This document shows, piece by piece, positions 1-10,809 of a DNA stretch of 52,480 nucleotides (position 1 is the first letter of the stretch; each line of letters begins with the position of its first letter). The notes beneath the pieces are model-generated. The model was not told the DNA's origin. It made no database searches and worked only from the letters and a program-made list of their open reading frames with translations. The DNA comes from Bacteroidales bacterium (GTDB taxonomy: Bacteria > Bacteroidota > Bacteroidia > Bacteroidales > Marinilabiliaceae). A program made the position numbers and the translations under genes. The stretch covers positions 1 through 52,480 of the forward strand of contig JAKSBD010000732.1 in assembly GCA_022361295.1 (NCBI GenBank), read 5' to 3'.

Positions 1-66
1 AAAAGTATATTGTTTCTATGATTAGAGTCATGCATTGTGAAAAATCGCTGACACTTCTTTTTTTCT

Positions 67-74
67 TACTTTTG
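67..74 (+). promoter_or_regulatory. Bacteroidota housekeeping promoter -7 element
   Basis: TACTTTTG matches TAnnTTTG; lies 4 nt before the pabB ATG. Confidence 0.6.
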
Positions 75-78
75 CAGA

Positions 79-1380
79 ATGCGCAAATACCTCGAAATAC
101 ATCCGGGTGATGAGACTCTTTTTAAGCAGCAGATATGTCAGGCTTCACGAAATGAGGGGGCTGCTGTTATATTAGATGCCAATGGTTTTGAAGCACAGGC
201 ATGTATTCAAAGCAAAAGGAACTATGATTTTATAGCAGGACTGCAAAGTGTGGGAGAATGTACGAATGATATTCATCAGCTCAAGTTATTTCACGATCAG
301 CATAAAGACTGGATACTTGGCTTTCTGTCTTATGATCTTAAAAATCAGTTGGAGCAGTTGAAATCTGATAATCCCGATAGAATTGAAATGCCGGAGATGT
401 ATTTTTTTCGTCCTCGTTACCTGTTTTTGAACGATGGTGAAAGCTGGCAGCTGGGTTATCTGGGCGACTATGATACTGAGGAGTCTGCTCGTGAATTTCT
501 AAATGATTTAAACAGCGTATGCTTCACGGAAGATGCACTAGAGAATATTAAGCTAAATCACCAGGTATCACACAAAGAGTATCTTGAAGCTATTGAAAAG
601 GTATTGTGGCACATTCAGCGCGGTGATATATACGAATTAAACTACTGCATGGAGTTTTTTATCCAGGATATTGATTTAACTCCACAGTGTGTATTTCAAC
701 GACTCAAAGAAGTTTCGCCAACCCCCTTTGCATCTTTTATCAAATACCACGATAAATTTTTGATGGGAGCTTCGCCCGAGCGATACCTTAAGAAGGAGGG
801 GAGTCGCCTGATTTCACAACCTATTAAAGGAACATCGCCTCGCGACCCAAACTGGTTTATCGATAACTCCAATAAGCAGTATCTCAAAAAATCGGAAAAA
901 GAGCAGGCCGAGAACATAATGATAACAGATCTGGTGCGCAATGACTTATCGAGAGTGGCCAAACGTGGAAGTGTTAACGTGGATGAGTTATGTGGTATTT
1001 ATTCATTTAAACAAGTGCATCAGATGATTTCGTCCATATCGGCTGAGCTGTCGGCTGACAAAACATGGATTGATGCCATCACAACATCATTTCCAATGGG
1101 CTCAATGACCGGTGCACCTAAATACAGTGCCATGCAGCTTATAGAGCAATATGAAAGCAGCAAACGGGGAGTGTATAGCGGTGCCGTTGGTTATGTTACG
1201 CCTGAAGCTGATTTTGATTTTAATGTAGTTATCAGAAGTATATTATATAATCGTAAGAAACAGTGCGCATCCTTTATGGTTGGAGGTGCTATTACAAATC
1301 AATCGGACCCTCAAAAGGAATATGAAGAGTGTTTGTTAAAAGCATCGGCCATAATGAAAGTATTTAATATCAAAGAATAA
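79..1380 (+). CDS. pabB: Aminodeoxychorismate synthase component I (anthranilate synthase component I family)
   Basis: 433 aa; SPERY, PIKGT, KEQAENIMITDLVRNDL, FPMGSMTGAPK, RGVYSGAVG motifs. Confidence 0.88.
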   Translation: MRKYLEIHPGDETLFKQQICQASRNEGAAVILDANGFEAQACIQSKRNYDFIAGLQSVGECTNDIHQLKLFHDQHKDWILGFLSYDLKNQLEQLKSDNPDRIEMPEMYFFRPRYLFLNDGESWQLGYLGDYDTEESAREFLNDLNSVCFTEDALENIKLNHQVSHKEYLEAIEKVLWHIQRGDIYELNYCMEFFIQDIDLTPQCVFQRLKEVSPTPFASFIKYHDKFLMGASPERYLKKEGSRLISQPIKGTSPRDPNWFIDNSNKQYLKKSEKEQAENIMITDLVRNDLSRVAKRGSVNVDELCGIYSFKQVHQMISSISAELSADKTWIDAITTSFPMGSMTGAPKYSAMQLIEQYESSKRGVYSGAVGYVTPEADFDFNVVIRSILYNRKKQCASFMVGGAITNQSDPQKEYEECLLKASAIMKVFNIKE

Positions 1381-1387
1381 AGGATAT

Positions 1388-2716
1388 ATGGATAAGCTAA
1401 ATGCTCACGTTGTACTCAGGATATTGGAAGAGAAATGTAGCACATCCGTTTCAGATAAATTGCTGGTGGCCGTGAGTGGAGGAGCTGATTCCATGGCGCT
1501 CCTGCATTTATTAACGAAGAATGGTTATGAACTGGCTGCGGCACATTGTAACTTTCAGTTAAGGGGTGATGAATCAGATGCTGATGAGCAGTTGGTGAAA
1601 GCTTTCTGCGAAGCGAACAATATTCTGCTGTACACAACCTCTTTTGAAACGACTGTCTATGCTAAAGAGAATAAGGTTTCAGTTGAAATGGCTGCCCGTG
1701 AGTTAAGGTATGATTGGTTTGCTAAGTTAATTAAAGAGCATCACTTTCAGGCGGTTGTTACCGGGCACCATGGTAACGACTCCATTGAAACATTCTTTTT
1801 GAATCTTGTGCGAGGTACCGGGATTCGTGGATTAAGTGGTATTAATTTCCGCAATGGAGAAGTTGTTCGTCCCTTGCTTGATTTTACGAGAGGGCAGATT
1901 GAAGACTATTGTGCTGATAATGAAATAGACTATTGTCATGATGTATCGAATGATGACACACGTTACATCCGTAATAAAATAAGACATGAAATAGTACCTG
2001 TTTTAGAGTCGATTAATCCCTCTTTTTTCGAAACGATGCAGTCCAATCTAGGGCATATAAGAGATGCTGAACTGATGCTTGAGAGTGAGGTCAAACGCTT
2101 TATTGAAACTGATGTAGTAAATGAAGATGATAAGGTGATAATACCGATATCCAAACTGGAGGATTATCCACATTATGCATCTTTATTGTTTGAAGTATTG
2201 CGTCCTTATGGCTTTAATTCTTCAGTGGTAAACGAGGTGATTAGTCATTTGCACGGACTTTCGGGCAAACAGTTTTTTAGCGACACGCATCGCTTAATCA
2301 AAGATCGGCATAATTTACTGGTTCTGCCTGTTGAAGAAGTTGGGGTACAACACTTCTGGCTTGAGGATGGAGAAAATAATGATGTTATATCAATAAATGT
2401 ATGTGTATACACTAAGCCTGATAATTTTAAGTTCTCTCGTAGTCCTCAATTAATACATCTGGATGCCGACCTGGTTGAACTACCCTTACTGGTTCGCAAG
2501 TGGAAACAAGGTGATGCTTTTATGCCCTTGGGGATGAAAGGTTTTAAAAAGGTCAGTGATTTTTTTATTGATGAGAAGTACAGCCTGAAAGATAAGGAAG
2601 ACGCGTGGCTGATGGTGAGTGGTGAAGCTATTGTGTGGGTGTTAGGCAAGCGTATTGATGATCGGTATAAGGTAAGCAACAGAACCAAAAGAATATTAGA
2701 AATTGAATTGAAATAA
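1388..2716 (+). CDS. tilS: tRNA(Ile)-lysidine synthetase
   Basis: PP-loop AVSGGADS, EMAARELRY, GHHGND, RNKIRH and C-terminal TilS domain (KKVSDFFID). Confidence 0.95.
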   Translation: MDKLNAHVVLRILEEKCSTSVSDKLLVAVSGGADSMALLHLLTKNGYELAAAHCNFQLRGDESDADEQLVKAFCEANNILLYTTSFETTVYAKENKVSVEMAARELRYDWFAKLIKEHHFQAVVTGHHGNDSIETFFLNLVRGTGIRGLSGINFRNGEVVRPLLDFTRGQIEDYCADNEIDYCHDVSNDDTRYIRNKIRHEIVPVLESINPSFFETMQSNLGHIRDAELMLESEVKRFIETDVVNEDDKVIIPISKLEDYPHYASLLFEVLRPYGFNSSVVNEVISHLHGLSGKQFFSDTHRLIKDRHNLLVLPVEEVGVQHFWLEDGENNDVISINVCVYTKPDNFKFSRSPQLIHLDADLVELPLLVRKWKQGDAFMPLGMKGFKKVSDFFIDEKYSLKDKEDAWLMVSGEAIVWVLGKRIDDRYKVSNRTKRILEIELK

Positions 2717-2719
2717 AAA

Positions 2720-2745
2720 TGCCACACGATTTAACCCGTGTGGCA
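2720..2745. terminator. Probable bidirectional terminator hairpin
   Basis: TGCCACACG-N8-CGTGTGGCA between convergent genes. Confidence 0.65.
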
Positions 2746-2753
2746 ATTGAATA

Positions 2754-4526
2754 TTATAATTCGTTCTTTAACATTGGGTACTTACTTATTAATTGCTCAA
2801 TTTCAGCAACTACTTCATTCTTCTTTTCCTTAAATAAGTCAAAGTAATAGTTAACCCCATCTGTAATGTTCTTCTGGAAGGCAGTTAATTGCTTCTTTTC
2901 TTTCGCATCATCGGGCTTTGTTAAAAAGCTCTCAACACGTTTTTTAAAGATATCAAGGTACATGCTTAATTCCTTTGTAAACATATGTGGTCGATGGCGC
3001 TTATCAAGCAGATTTGTACGACCATAGATATGATCAACCATCTCTTTCAGGCTTGCTTCTTTTGAAAAGTAAGCTAAGTTAGGACCAGGACACACTGTTA
3101 CCTTGTCGCTTGGACCAACTTCAATATTTTTCGATTCAAGCAAAGAAACACCTAAGCCAACACATAAACACTCTTTTTCGGTTATGGTGTCATAAGCAGT
3201 CTGATATTGCTCCGCCGAAAGGTTTTGTTCGCTTAGTTCAGCCAGTTTTTTATTTTTGTATTGCGTTGAAGCGGTACAAATTGGCTTTTCGGTAAATTCA
3301 GTGTTATACTTTAAAAACTGCTTGGTACAAGGCATGCCGTGTTTTCCCTTACTGGCATTAGCAAGACGAAGTTCGCTCATGCTGGCCCATTTAACACTGT
3401 TGAAAGGAACACCCAAAGGAGAAAGTCCGCTGAAATAGAGGTCTTTTTCTTTGGCATTCTTAAGCAGGTCAAGTGTTTTTGTATCTATGCTTACTGCTTC
3501 AGGAACCAGCATAAAAGGAGTTCCCCAGCCTACGCCATCCATCTGGTAGTGGTCCATCAAAAAGTTATGCTCTTCGTTGGTTCCAACACCACCCTGTGCA
3601 GTTACTTTAATACTTGGCACTTCAGTAGGAGCAGCTATCTCTTTTTTAGCTAGTGCGGTTTCATATACACCTTTACAGGTGTCTAGTAGTTTATCCCTGT
3701 TCTTTCTGAATTCATCAAGGATAGGGCCAAATAAAACACCGTTTGTTGGAAAAGCATGACCGCCACAGTTAACGCCGCTTTCAATGCGGTATTCTGAAAC
3801 CCAAAGGCCTTTGGCTGCCAGCATTTTTCCTTGCACCAATGCCGAGCGGAAGTCACTTACTTTAAGAATAATCTTCTTTTTAAGCTCACCATTAATATCA
3901 GGGAAAAAATCCTTGAACTTTTCGAGATAACTATACAAACGGGGACTCATACCGGCCGACAGTACCAATGACGAGTTAAGCTGACTATTGGCAAAGCCGC
4001 GCAATGCTGCATGTGCATCATTATACTCTATTGGCAGCTCCTCACCATTTTTAGTATTGACCTTGTCCAACTTTGTCATGATGTTAACATCAATGTCTCC
4101 AACCGGCAGGTGGTCCTGAATCCAGTTGCCAAGATCTTCTTTTAACTGGCGACTCTTTTCAGACAGCTTAAACTTCTCTTTAATAGAAGATAAGTCAGGC
4201 AGCATGTCGAAGTATTTTTCCAACTCTTCGCTTTTGTCGTGTGCAGCCTTTTTTAGCTCTGTAACTTTTTCGCTAACAATATCATCCACCATATTAAGGT
4301 AGGATGTGATGCGTTTAGCTCTAAAGTCTTCAACTTTTTCAGTAATAGCCTTAAAAGGCATGTCAAACTTATCGCAGTAGAACTCGCGCATTTGCTCCAT
4401 CAGTTTATCGTCAACCAACGATATAACAGATGAAATACCCAGCGGTGCCACATTAATAGGTGTATCCAGTGTGTAACCTAATCCCAATACCGGAATGTGG
4501 AATGTGTGTCTGTTCAAAATGTCCAT
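2754..4526 (-). CDS. Conserved hypothetical protein, FMN TIM-barrel (nitronate monooxygenase/FabK-like) motifs with Cys-containing C-terminus
   Basis: 590 aa ORF; ESGVNCGGHAF, AQGGVGT and GVGWGTPF motifs; PC..C..CLC..CPGP. Function is inference. Confidence 0.6.
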   Translation of the reverse strand: MDILNRHTFHIPVLGLGYTLDTPINVAPLGISSVISLVDDKLMEQMREFYCDKFDMPFKAITEKVEDFRAKRITSYLNMVDDIVSEKVTELKKAAHDKSEELEKYFDMLPDLSSIKEKFKLSEKSRQLKEDLGNWIQDHLPVGDIDVNIMTKLDKVNTKNGEELPIEYNDAHAALRGFANSQLNSSLVLSAGMSPRLYSYLEKFKDFFPDINGELKKKIILKVSDFRSALVQGKMLAAKGLWVSEYRIESGVNCGGHAFPTNGVLFGPILDEFRKNRDKLLDTCKGVYETALAKKEIAAPTEVPSIKVTAQGGVGTNEEHNFLMDHYQMDGVGWGTPFMLVPEAVSIDTKTLDLLKNAKEKDLYFSGLSPLGVPFNSVKWASMSELRLANASKGKHGMPCTKQFLKYNTEFTEKPICTASTQYKNKKLAELSEQNLSAEQYQTAYDTITEKECLCVGLGVSLLESKNIEVGPSDKVTVCPGPNLAYFSKEASLKEMVDHIYGRTNLLDKRHRPHMFTKELSMYLDIFKKRVESFLTKPDDAKEKKQLTAFQKNITDGVNYYFDLFKEKKNEVVAEIEQLISKYPMLKNEL

Positions 4527-4580
4527 CTATAATTATGGTTAATTAAGTTACCGAAGATACGTTATTAATAGCTACAAAAA

Positions 4581-4600
4581 AAACGACCCGAAGGTCGTTT
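4581..4600 (-). terminator. Intrinsic terminator after the acyltransferase gene
   Basis: Minus strand AAACGACC-TTCG-GGTCGTTT followed by a U tract; UUCG tetraloop. Confidence 0.8.
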
Positions 4601-4647
4601 CTTATTAAGATTCAGTATATTAGAACATTTATGTCATTTATTCTATT

Positions 4648-5382
4648 CTACTGCTTTAATTCTTTTTTAATTAATGACTGAATATCAGCCACCAACTGTT
4701 CCACGTCCTGACCTTTTGGCTCTATTGGCTTCAGTGCAGTGTACGAAATTTTTTCTCCAAATTTTAAGGGAAACATGCCTTTATACATCATGCGACTGTG
4801 TCCGTCAATCACAAATGGAACAATAACCGCATCAGGAGCCGCTCTTAAAAGGGTATTAATGCCGGGCGATTTAAACTTTTTAACGCGTCCGGTTTTACTT
4901 CTAGTACCTTCAGGGAAAATACAGGCAGCATAATTGTTAGCCTGAATCAAGCGGCCCAGTTTAAAAATTTCTTTAATTGATTGAGATCCATTGGAACGGT
5001 CAATTAAGGCCGATTTACCATGCACCAGGTTATATGAGATACTCGGTAAATTTTTTCCCAACTCAATTTTTGAGATGAATTTAGGATAGTGTTTTCTGAA
5101 GCCATGAACAATAGCCGGGATATCGTAAAGGCTTTGGTGGTTTGAGACAATTATAATTGGTCGGTTCTCAGGAAGGTTGTCAAAGCCTGAGAACTTAACG
5201 CTGCAGCCCATCAGGTAAAGCCCTTTAACAAGGAAAAAGTTAAGGGTATCAACCACTTTTCTTCTGGCATTATCGCCAAATAATTTATGGGCAATAACCT
5301 GGGGAAGGTGAAAGATTACCAGCACCAGACCAAAGTAAAGGTGAAAAACAGGCGTTAGGAGGTAGCCAAGGACAATTTTCAT
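4648..5382 (-). CDS. 1-acyl-sn-glycerol-3-phosphate (lysophospholipid) acyltransferase family
   Basis: NHQSLYD (HX4D) and FPEGTRS motifs; ATG at 5382 (MKIVLGY) preferred over the longer ORF start. Confidence 0.88.
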   Translation of the reverse strand: MKIVLGYLLTPVFHLYFGLVLVIFHLPQVIAHKLFGDNARRKVVDTLNFFLVKGLYLMGCSVKFSGFDNLPENRPIIIVSNHQSLYDIPAIVHGFRKHYPKFISKIELGKNLPSISYNLVHGKSALIDRSNGSQSIKEIFKLGRLIQANNYAACIFPEGTRSKTGRVKKFKSPGINTLLRAAPDAVIVPFVIDGHSRMMYKGMFPLKFGEKISYTALKPIEPKGQDVEQLVADIQSLIKKELKQ

Positions 5383-5653
5383 TTCTGTGTGTTTATTATT
5401 TATTTGTGGCAAAAAAACGAAAAAAAACAGATACATCAACCACAATTTAATGTGATTAGATTAAATAGTTCTCATTCTCTTGCGGATAAAGCTTATAACC
5501 ATTGTTATTCTTCAGTGTATTTCAATACCAACCGATATAAATCCTAAATAAAAACCTAACAGACTGAAGTAAAAAGACAATCGTACCGTTTATGTAAGAG
5601 CATACTTGAGTTAAATCGAAGTTTATTATATTGTCGTTTCTTAACCTGTTATT

Positions 5654-6193
5654 ATGATATTGGAAGTTACTCCTGAAATTATGCTGCGTGAAATTGATTT
5701 AAAAGATGCAGCTGTCATTTTTAATACCATTGACAAACAACGTAACTATCTGGGACAGTGGCTCCCTTTTGTTGAGCATACAAAAAGTAAGGCAGATACA
5801 GAAAGTTTTATTAAGGCTGTTGGAAATGTGCCACACGAACAAAAAGAGTTAATTTTTACTGTTTGGTTTAAGGGCAAATTTGCAGGACTTGTTGGTTTTA
5901 AAGCAACTGACCGAATCAATAGCAAAACCGAAATAGGCTATTGGTTGTCACAGCCGTTTCAAAAGAAGGGGATTGTTATCACGAGTGTAAAATATTTGTG
6001 TAATTATGCTTTTACAAGGCTCGGAATTAACCGTATACAGATTAAATGTGCGGTGGGAAATGATTCCAGTAAGCGAATTCCGGAACAGCTTGGCTTTATT
6101 TTTGAAGGAATTGAACGTTCAGGAGAGCGGATAGATGAACATACCTACTTTGATTTGGAAGTATATAGTTTGCTACGCTCCGATAATGTTTAA
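5654..6193 (+). CDS. GNAT family N-acetyltransferase, RimL/RimJ-like
   Basis: YLGQWLPFV, EIGYWL..FQKKG, N..S..IPEQLGF.FEG. Confidence 0.88.
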   Translation: MILEVTPEIMLREIDLKDAAVIFNTIDKQRNYLGQWLPFVEHTKSKADTESFIKAVGNVPHEQKELIFTVWFKGKFAGLVGFKATDRINSKTEIGYWLSQPFQKKGIVITSVKYLCNYAFTRLGINRIQIKCAVGNDSSKRIPEQLGFIFEGIERSGERIDEHTYFDLEVYSLLRSDNV

Positions 6194-6210
6194 CCCTTTA
6201 ACTGTTTGTT

Positions 6211-6471
6211 ATGAAGAAATTATACTACTCTATTGGACTGGCATTTACAGCAGGACTGTTGTATTCATGCACTATACAGCAGCCAATTAGCCATGCCCCT
6301 GCAAAAAATAATGATGATTACCAGATTTCCTACTTATTTGAGCATGAAGGTTGTAAGGTGTACCGTTTTTGCGACGAAGGGCGGTATGTTTATTTCACCA
6401 CCACACAGAGTGATGTTACCATCATACCAAATGATTCGACAGTTATAACTAATACTGTTAGAAATCACTAG
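6211..6471 (+). CDS. Small lipoprotein, DUF4884-like
   Basis: Lipobox LYSC; YLFEHEGCKVYRF.D.GRYVYFT. Confidence 0.75.
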   Translation: MKKLYYSIGLAFTAGLLYSCTIQQPISHAPAKNNDDYQISYLFEHEGCKVYRFCDEGRYVYFTTTQSDVTIIPNDSTVITNTVRNH

Positions 6472-6673
6472 GATTGCCCCATCGTCAATTGAATTATTTA
6501 GTTCATTTACACATTTAACTAAATTTAACAAATAACTGAATCGCTTGTGTTTTCGGCTGGTTCAGATTGGGAAAGGATTACAAATCACCTAAATGTTCAA
6601 TAAAAGAATGAAATGATTAAACAAAAATAAAAACGCCCGGTTTATCTCTTGTAAACATTTAAAACTTAGAGAT

Positions 6674-7714
6674 ATGAAAAGAGCGATTAATTTAAGGAAC
6701 AGAAGGTTAGGTAGTTTTTTTCTCATGGCGGCCATAACCTTTACTTTTGTTTTTACTGGATGTGAGAGTGAAGATACATTATCTCCTGAGCAAAATGAGC
6801 AACAAGAGTTGTATGACATTGAAACAACACTTGAGATGATTACTGAAAATCCGAACTTTTTTGATGAGAATAGCGATGGTGAGTTGAAAAGACGATGGAG
6901 AAAATACCCAACTTTCAGAAACCTGACTTACGCATTGTTTAAAACCCGTTTGTTTGGAACTGTATTTTTTAATCAACTTACTGTTTTTGCGCCTACCGAC
7001 GAGGCTTTTGAGAAGCTATTTGATGAAATAGGTGTTAAAAACATTCGAGAAGTACCAACAGATCAGTTAAAAACTATTTTGTTGTATCATGTTGTGCAGG
7101 GAAAGGTTAAATCTTCTATGCTCAGCAATGGATTTGTACCAACTCTAAACGAAGCAGCAGTTGAAGTTGACCTTAGCGACGGAGTAATGATAAATAATGC
7201 CAATGTGCAATATGCCGACATATGGGCCTTAAATGGAATCATTCATATTATTGATGAGGTGTTGTTGCCACCAACGCAAAACATAGTTGAAATTGCTCAG
7301 GGTAATGAGGCCTTTTCAATATTGGTTGAAGCTGTAATAAAAGCCGATTTGGCAACAACCTTGTCAACCAGCGGGCCATACACCGTTTTTGCACCAACCA
7401 ACGATGCATTTGTTGCTTTATTAGAAGAATTAGGGCCTGACTTTAATTCATTGGACGATATTCCGGTTGATTTATTGACACAAGTGCTATTATACCATGT
7501 TATTGAAGGAAGAGTTTATTCAAGTGATTTGCCAACAGATCCACTCAGCGTACCAACTCTTCAGGGTGAATCGTTCACCATTGATGTAACCGTTCCTGCT
7601 ATTACAGATGCCAATAGCCGCGAATCAGGATTGATAGCATCCTTACTAAATATTCAGGGAACCAACGGAGTCATTCATGTTATCGACAGAGTTATTCTTC
7701 CACCACTTGAATAA
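6674..7714 (+). CDS. Fasciclin (FAS1) domain lipoprotein with two FAS1 domains
   Basis: Lipobox FTGC; two copies of TVFAPT.xAF / LLYHV / NG.IH.ID.V. Confidence 0.92.
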   Translation: MKRAINLRNRRLGSFFLMAAITFTFVFTGCESEDTLSPEQNEQQELYDIETTLEMITENPNFFDENSDGELKRRWRKYPTFRNLTYALFKTRLFGTVFFNQLTVFAPTDEAFEKLFDEIGVKNIREVPTDQLKTILLYHVVQGKVKSSMLSNGFVPTLNEAAVEVDLSDGVMINNANVQYADIWALNGIIHIIDEVLLPPTQNIVEIAQGNEAFSILVEAVIKADLATTLSTSGPYTVFAPTNDAFVALLEELGPDFNSLDDIPVDLLTQVLLYHVIEGRVYSSDLPTDPLSVPTLQGESFTIDVTVPAITDANSRESGLIASLLNIQGTNGVIHVIDRVILPPLE

Positions 7715-7739
7715 TAATTCTGATATTTCAGGATAAAAC

Positions 7740-7770
7740 AAAGGGGTAAATAGCTACATTTTACCCCTTT
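7740..7770. terminator. Bidirectional intrinsic terminator
   Basis: AAAGGGGTAAA-N9-TTTACCCCTTT flanked by A and T tracts, between convergent genes. Confidence 0.75.
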
Positions 7771-7805
7771 CCCTTTTTTTGTAAATATATTGGTTTGTTG
7801 TGTGT

Positions 7806-9518
<1,713 letters not shown>

Positions 9519-9726
9519 TTAAGGGTTGATAGGTGGGTTAGGAAGATTTTTACGTATATATAGGTTTTGTCATTGGAGAGTAAAAAAAAGATGCGATTGA
9601 TAGTGGTTGTAAATGAGTGGTATAGGTGTGTTTTGTGAAAAATAATTAAAAAAAAATATTTTTTCTATGGGGGGTGTCAATTAGTTGCGTGTTATACCTG
9701 TGAACAAGCGAAGAAAAAACAGAAAC

Positions 9727-10737
9727 GTGAATCAGGAATACATCATAAAATATCTGTCTAAGCGCATGAGTGAAGAAGAAAAGCAACGCTTTTACGAGAC
9801 TCTGCAAAAAGATGGGGAACTAAAAAGAGAGTTTATAAAGCAAAAGAACCTTTGGGCCGTATCAACTTCATTGGGTAATAAGGATGAAAGTCCGAATACA
9901 GATAGCGATCTTTTTTTATACCGCCTGCGTAAAAGTAAAGTAGATACACAGACGAGCAGGCGCTTAACACTACAAGTAAATATATATAAGATAGCCGCTG
10001 TTGTTATGTTTGCCCTGATGATAGGAAGTGTAGCAATGTTAATTAATCAGGAAAAGCAGAAAGGGGATACCGGGGTGTTTTATACCGAAACATATGTGCC
10101 AAGAGGTGAAAAGTCGGAACTGACTTTACCTGATGGAACACACATAGCACTGAATGCTGATACGAGGCTAAGGGTTCCATCCGATTTTTCAGGCACAAAC
10201 CGTCAGCTCCAATTGGAAGGTGAAGCCTATTTTAAGGTGAAACACGATCCTGAAAATCCGTTTATTGTAAAAACCGAAAGTATCAATATTGAAGTATTGG
10301 GTACCAGTTTTGATTTATCATGTTATCCGGATGAAGATATGGTCACAACGGTTTTGGATGAAGGTAAAATTCGATTTGCAGGAGCCAATAACAATAAAGT
10401 CAACGGAACCTACCTAAAACCTGGCGAAACGGCCTACTATCATAAGTCGAGTGGTGTTTTCAAGGTGAAGGAAACGGCAAAGACAGATAGAGCTTCATCA
10501 TGGAAACAAGGAGTGATTACTTTTAAGGACATGCCATTTTACTTGTTGGTTAAGAAGATTGAGCGTCAGTATGATGTGGAAATAGATGTTGATGAGAGTT
10601 TAAGGTTTGAAAAATACACAGGTGAAATTAACGAAGAAACCGTGTGGGCCGTCATGAATAATTTCGCGATTGCCACACCTTTTAATGTTGAGTCATCAGG
10701 ACGAAAAATTAAAATAACCCCTAAGAAAAACTATTAA
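9727..10737 (+). CDS. FecR family anti-sigma factor
   Basis: One TM helix, then LPDGT..LNA, LEGEAYFKV, VLGTSF motifs; GTG at 9727 likely start (ORF open from 9685). Confidence 0.92.
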   Translation: MNQEYIIKYLSKRMSEEEKQRFYETLQKDGELKREFIKQKNLWAVSTSLGNKDESPNTDSDLFLYRLRKSKVDTQTSRRLTLQVNIYKIAAVVMFALMIGSVAMLINQEKQKGDTGVFYTETYVPRGEKSELTLPDGTHIALNADTRLRVPSDFSGTNRQLQLEGEAYFKVKHDPENPFIVKTESINIEVLGTSFDLSCYPDEDMVTTVLDEGKIRFAGANNNKVNGTYLKPGETAYYHKSSGVFKVKETAKTDRASSWKQGVITFKDMPFYLLVKKIERQYDVEIDVDESLRFEKYTGEINEETVWAVMNNFAIATPFNVESSGRKIKITPKKNY

Positions 10738-10809
10738 AAAAATGAGCACCCAAATCCCTGGCCGGAGAAAAAGATGCTCACTTTAATTCTTAATACTAAT
10801 AACAAATTT

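Noticed and set aside
6500-6662. TTTAACA-like direct repeats upstream of the fasciclin gene as an operator
   Set aside because: Short, irregularly spaced and expected by chance in AT-rich DNA
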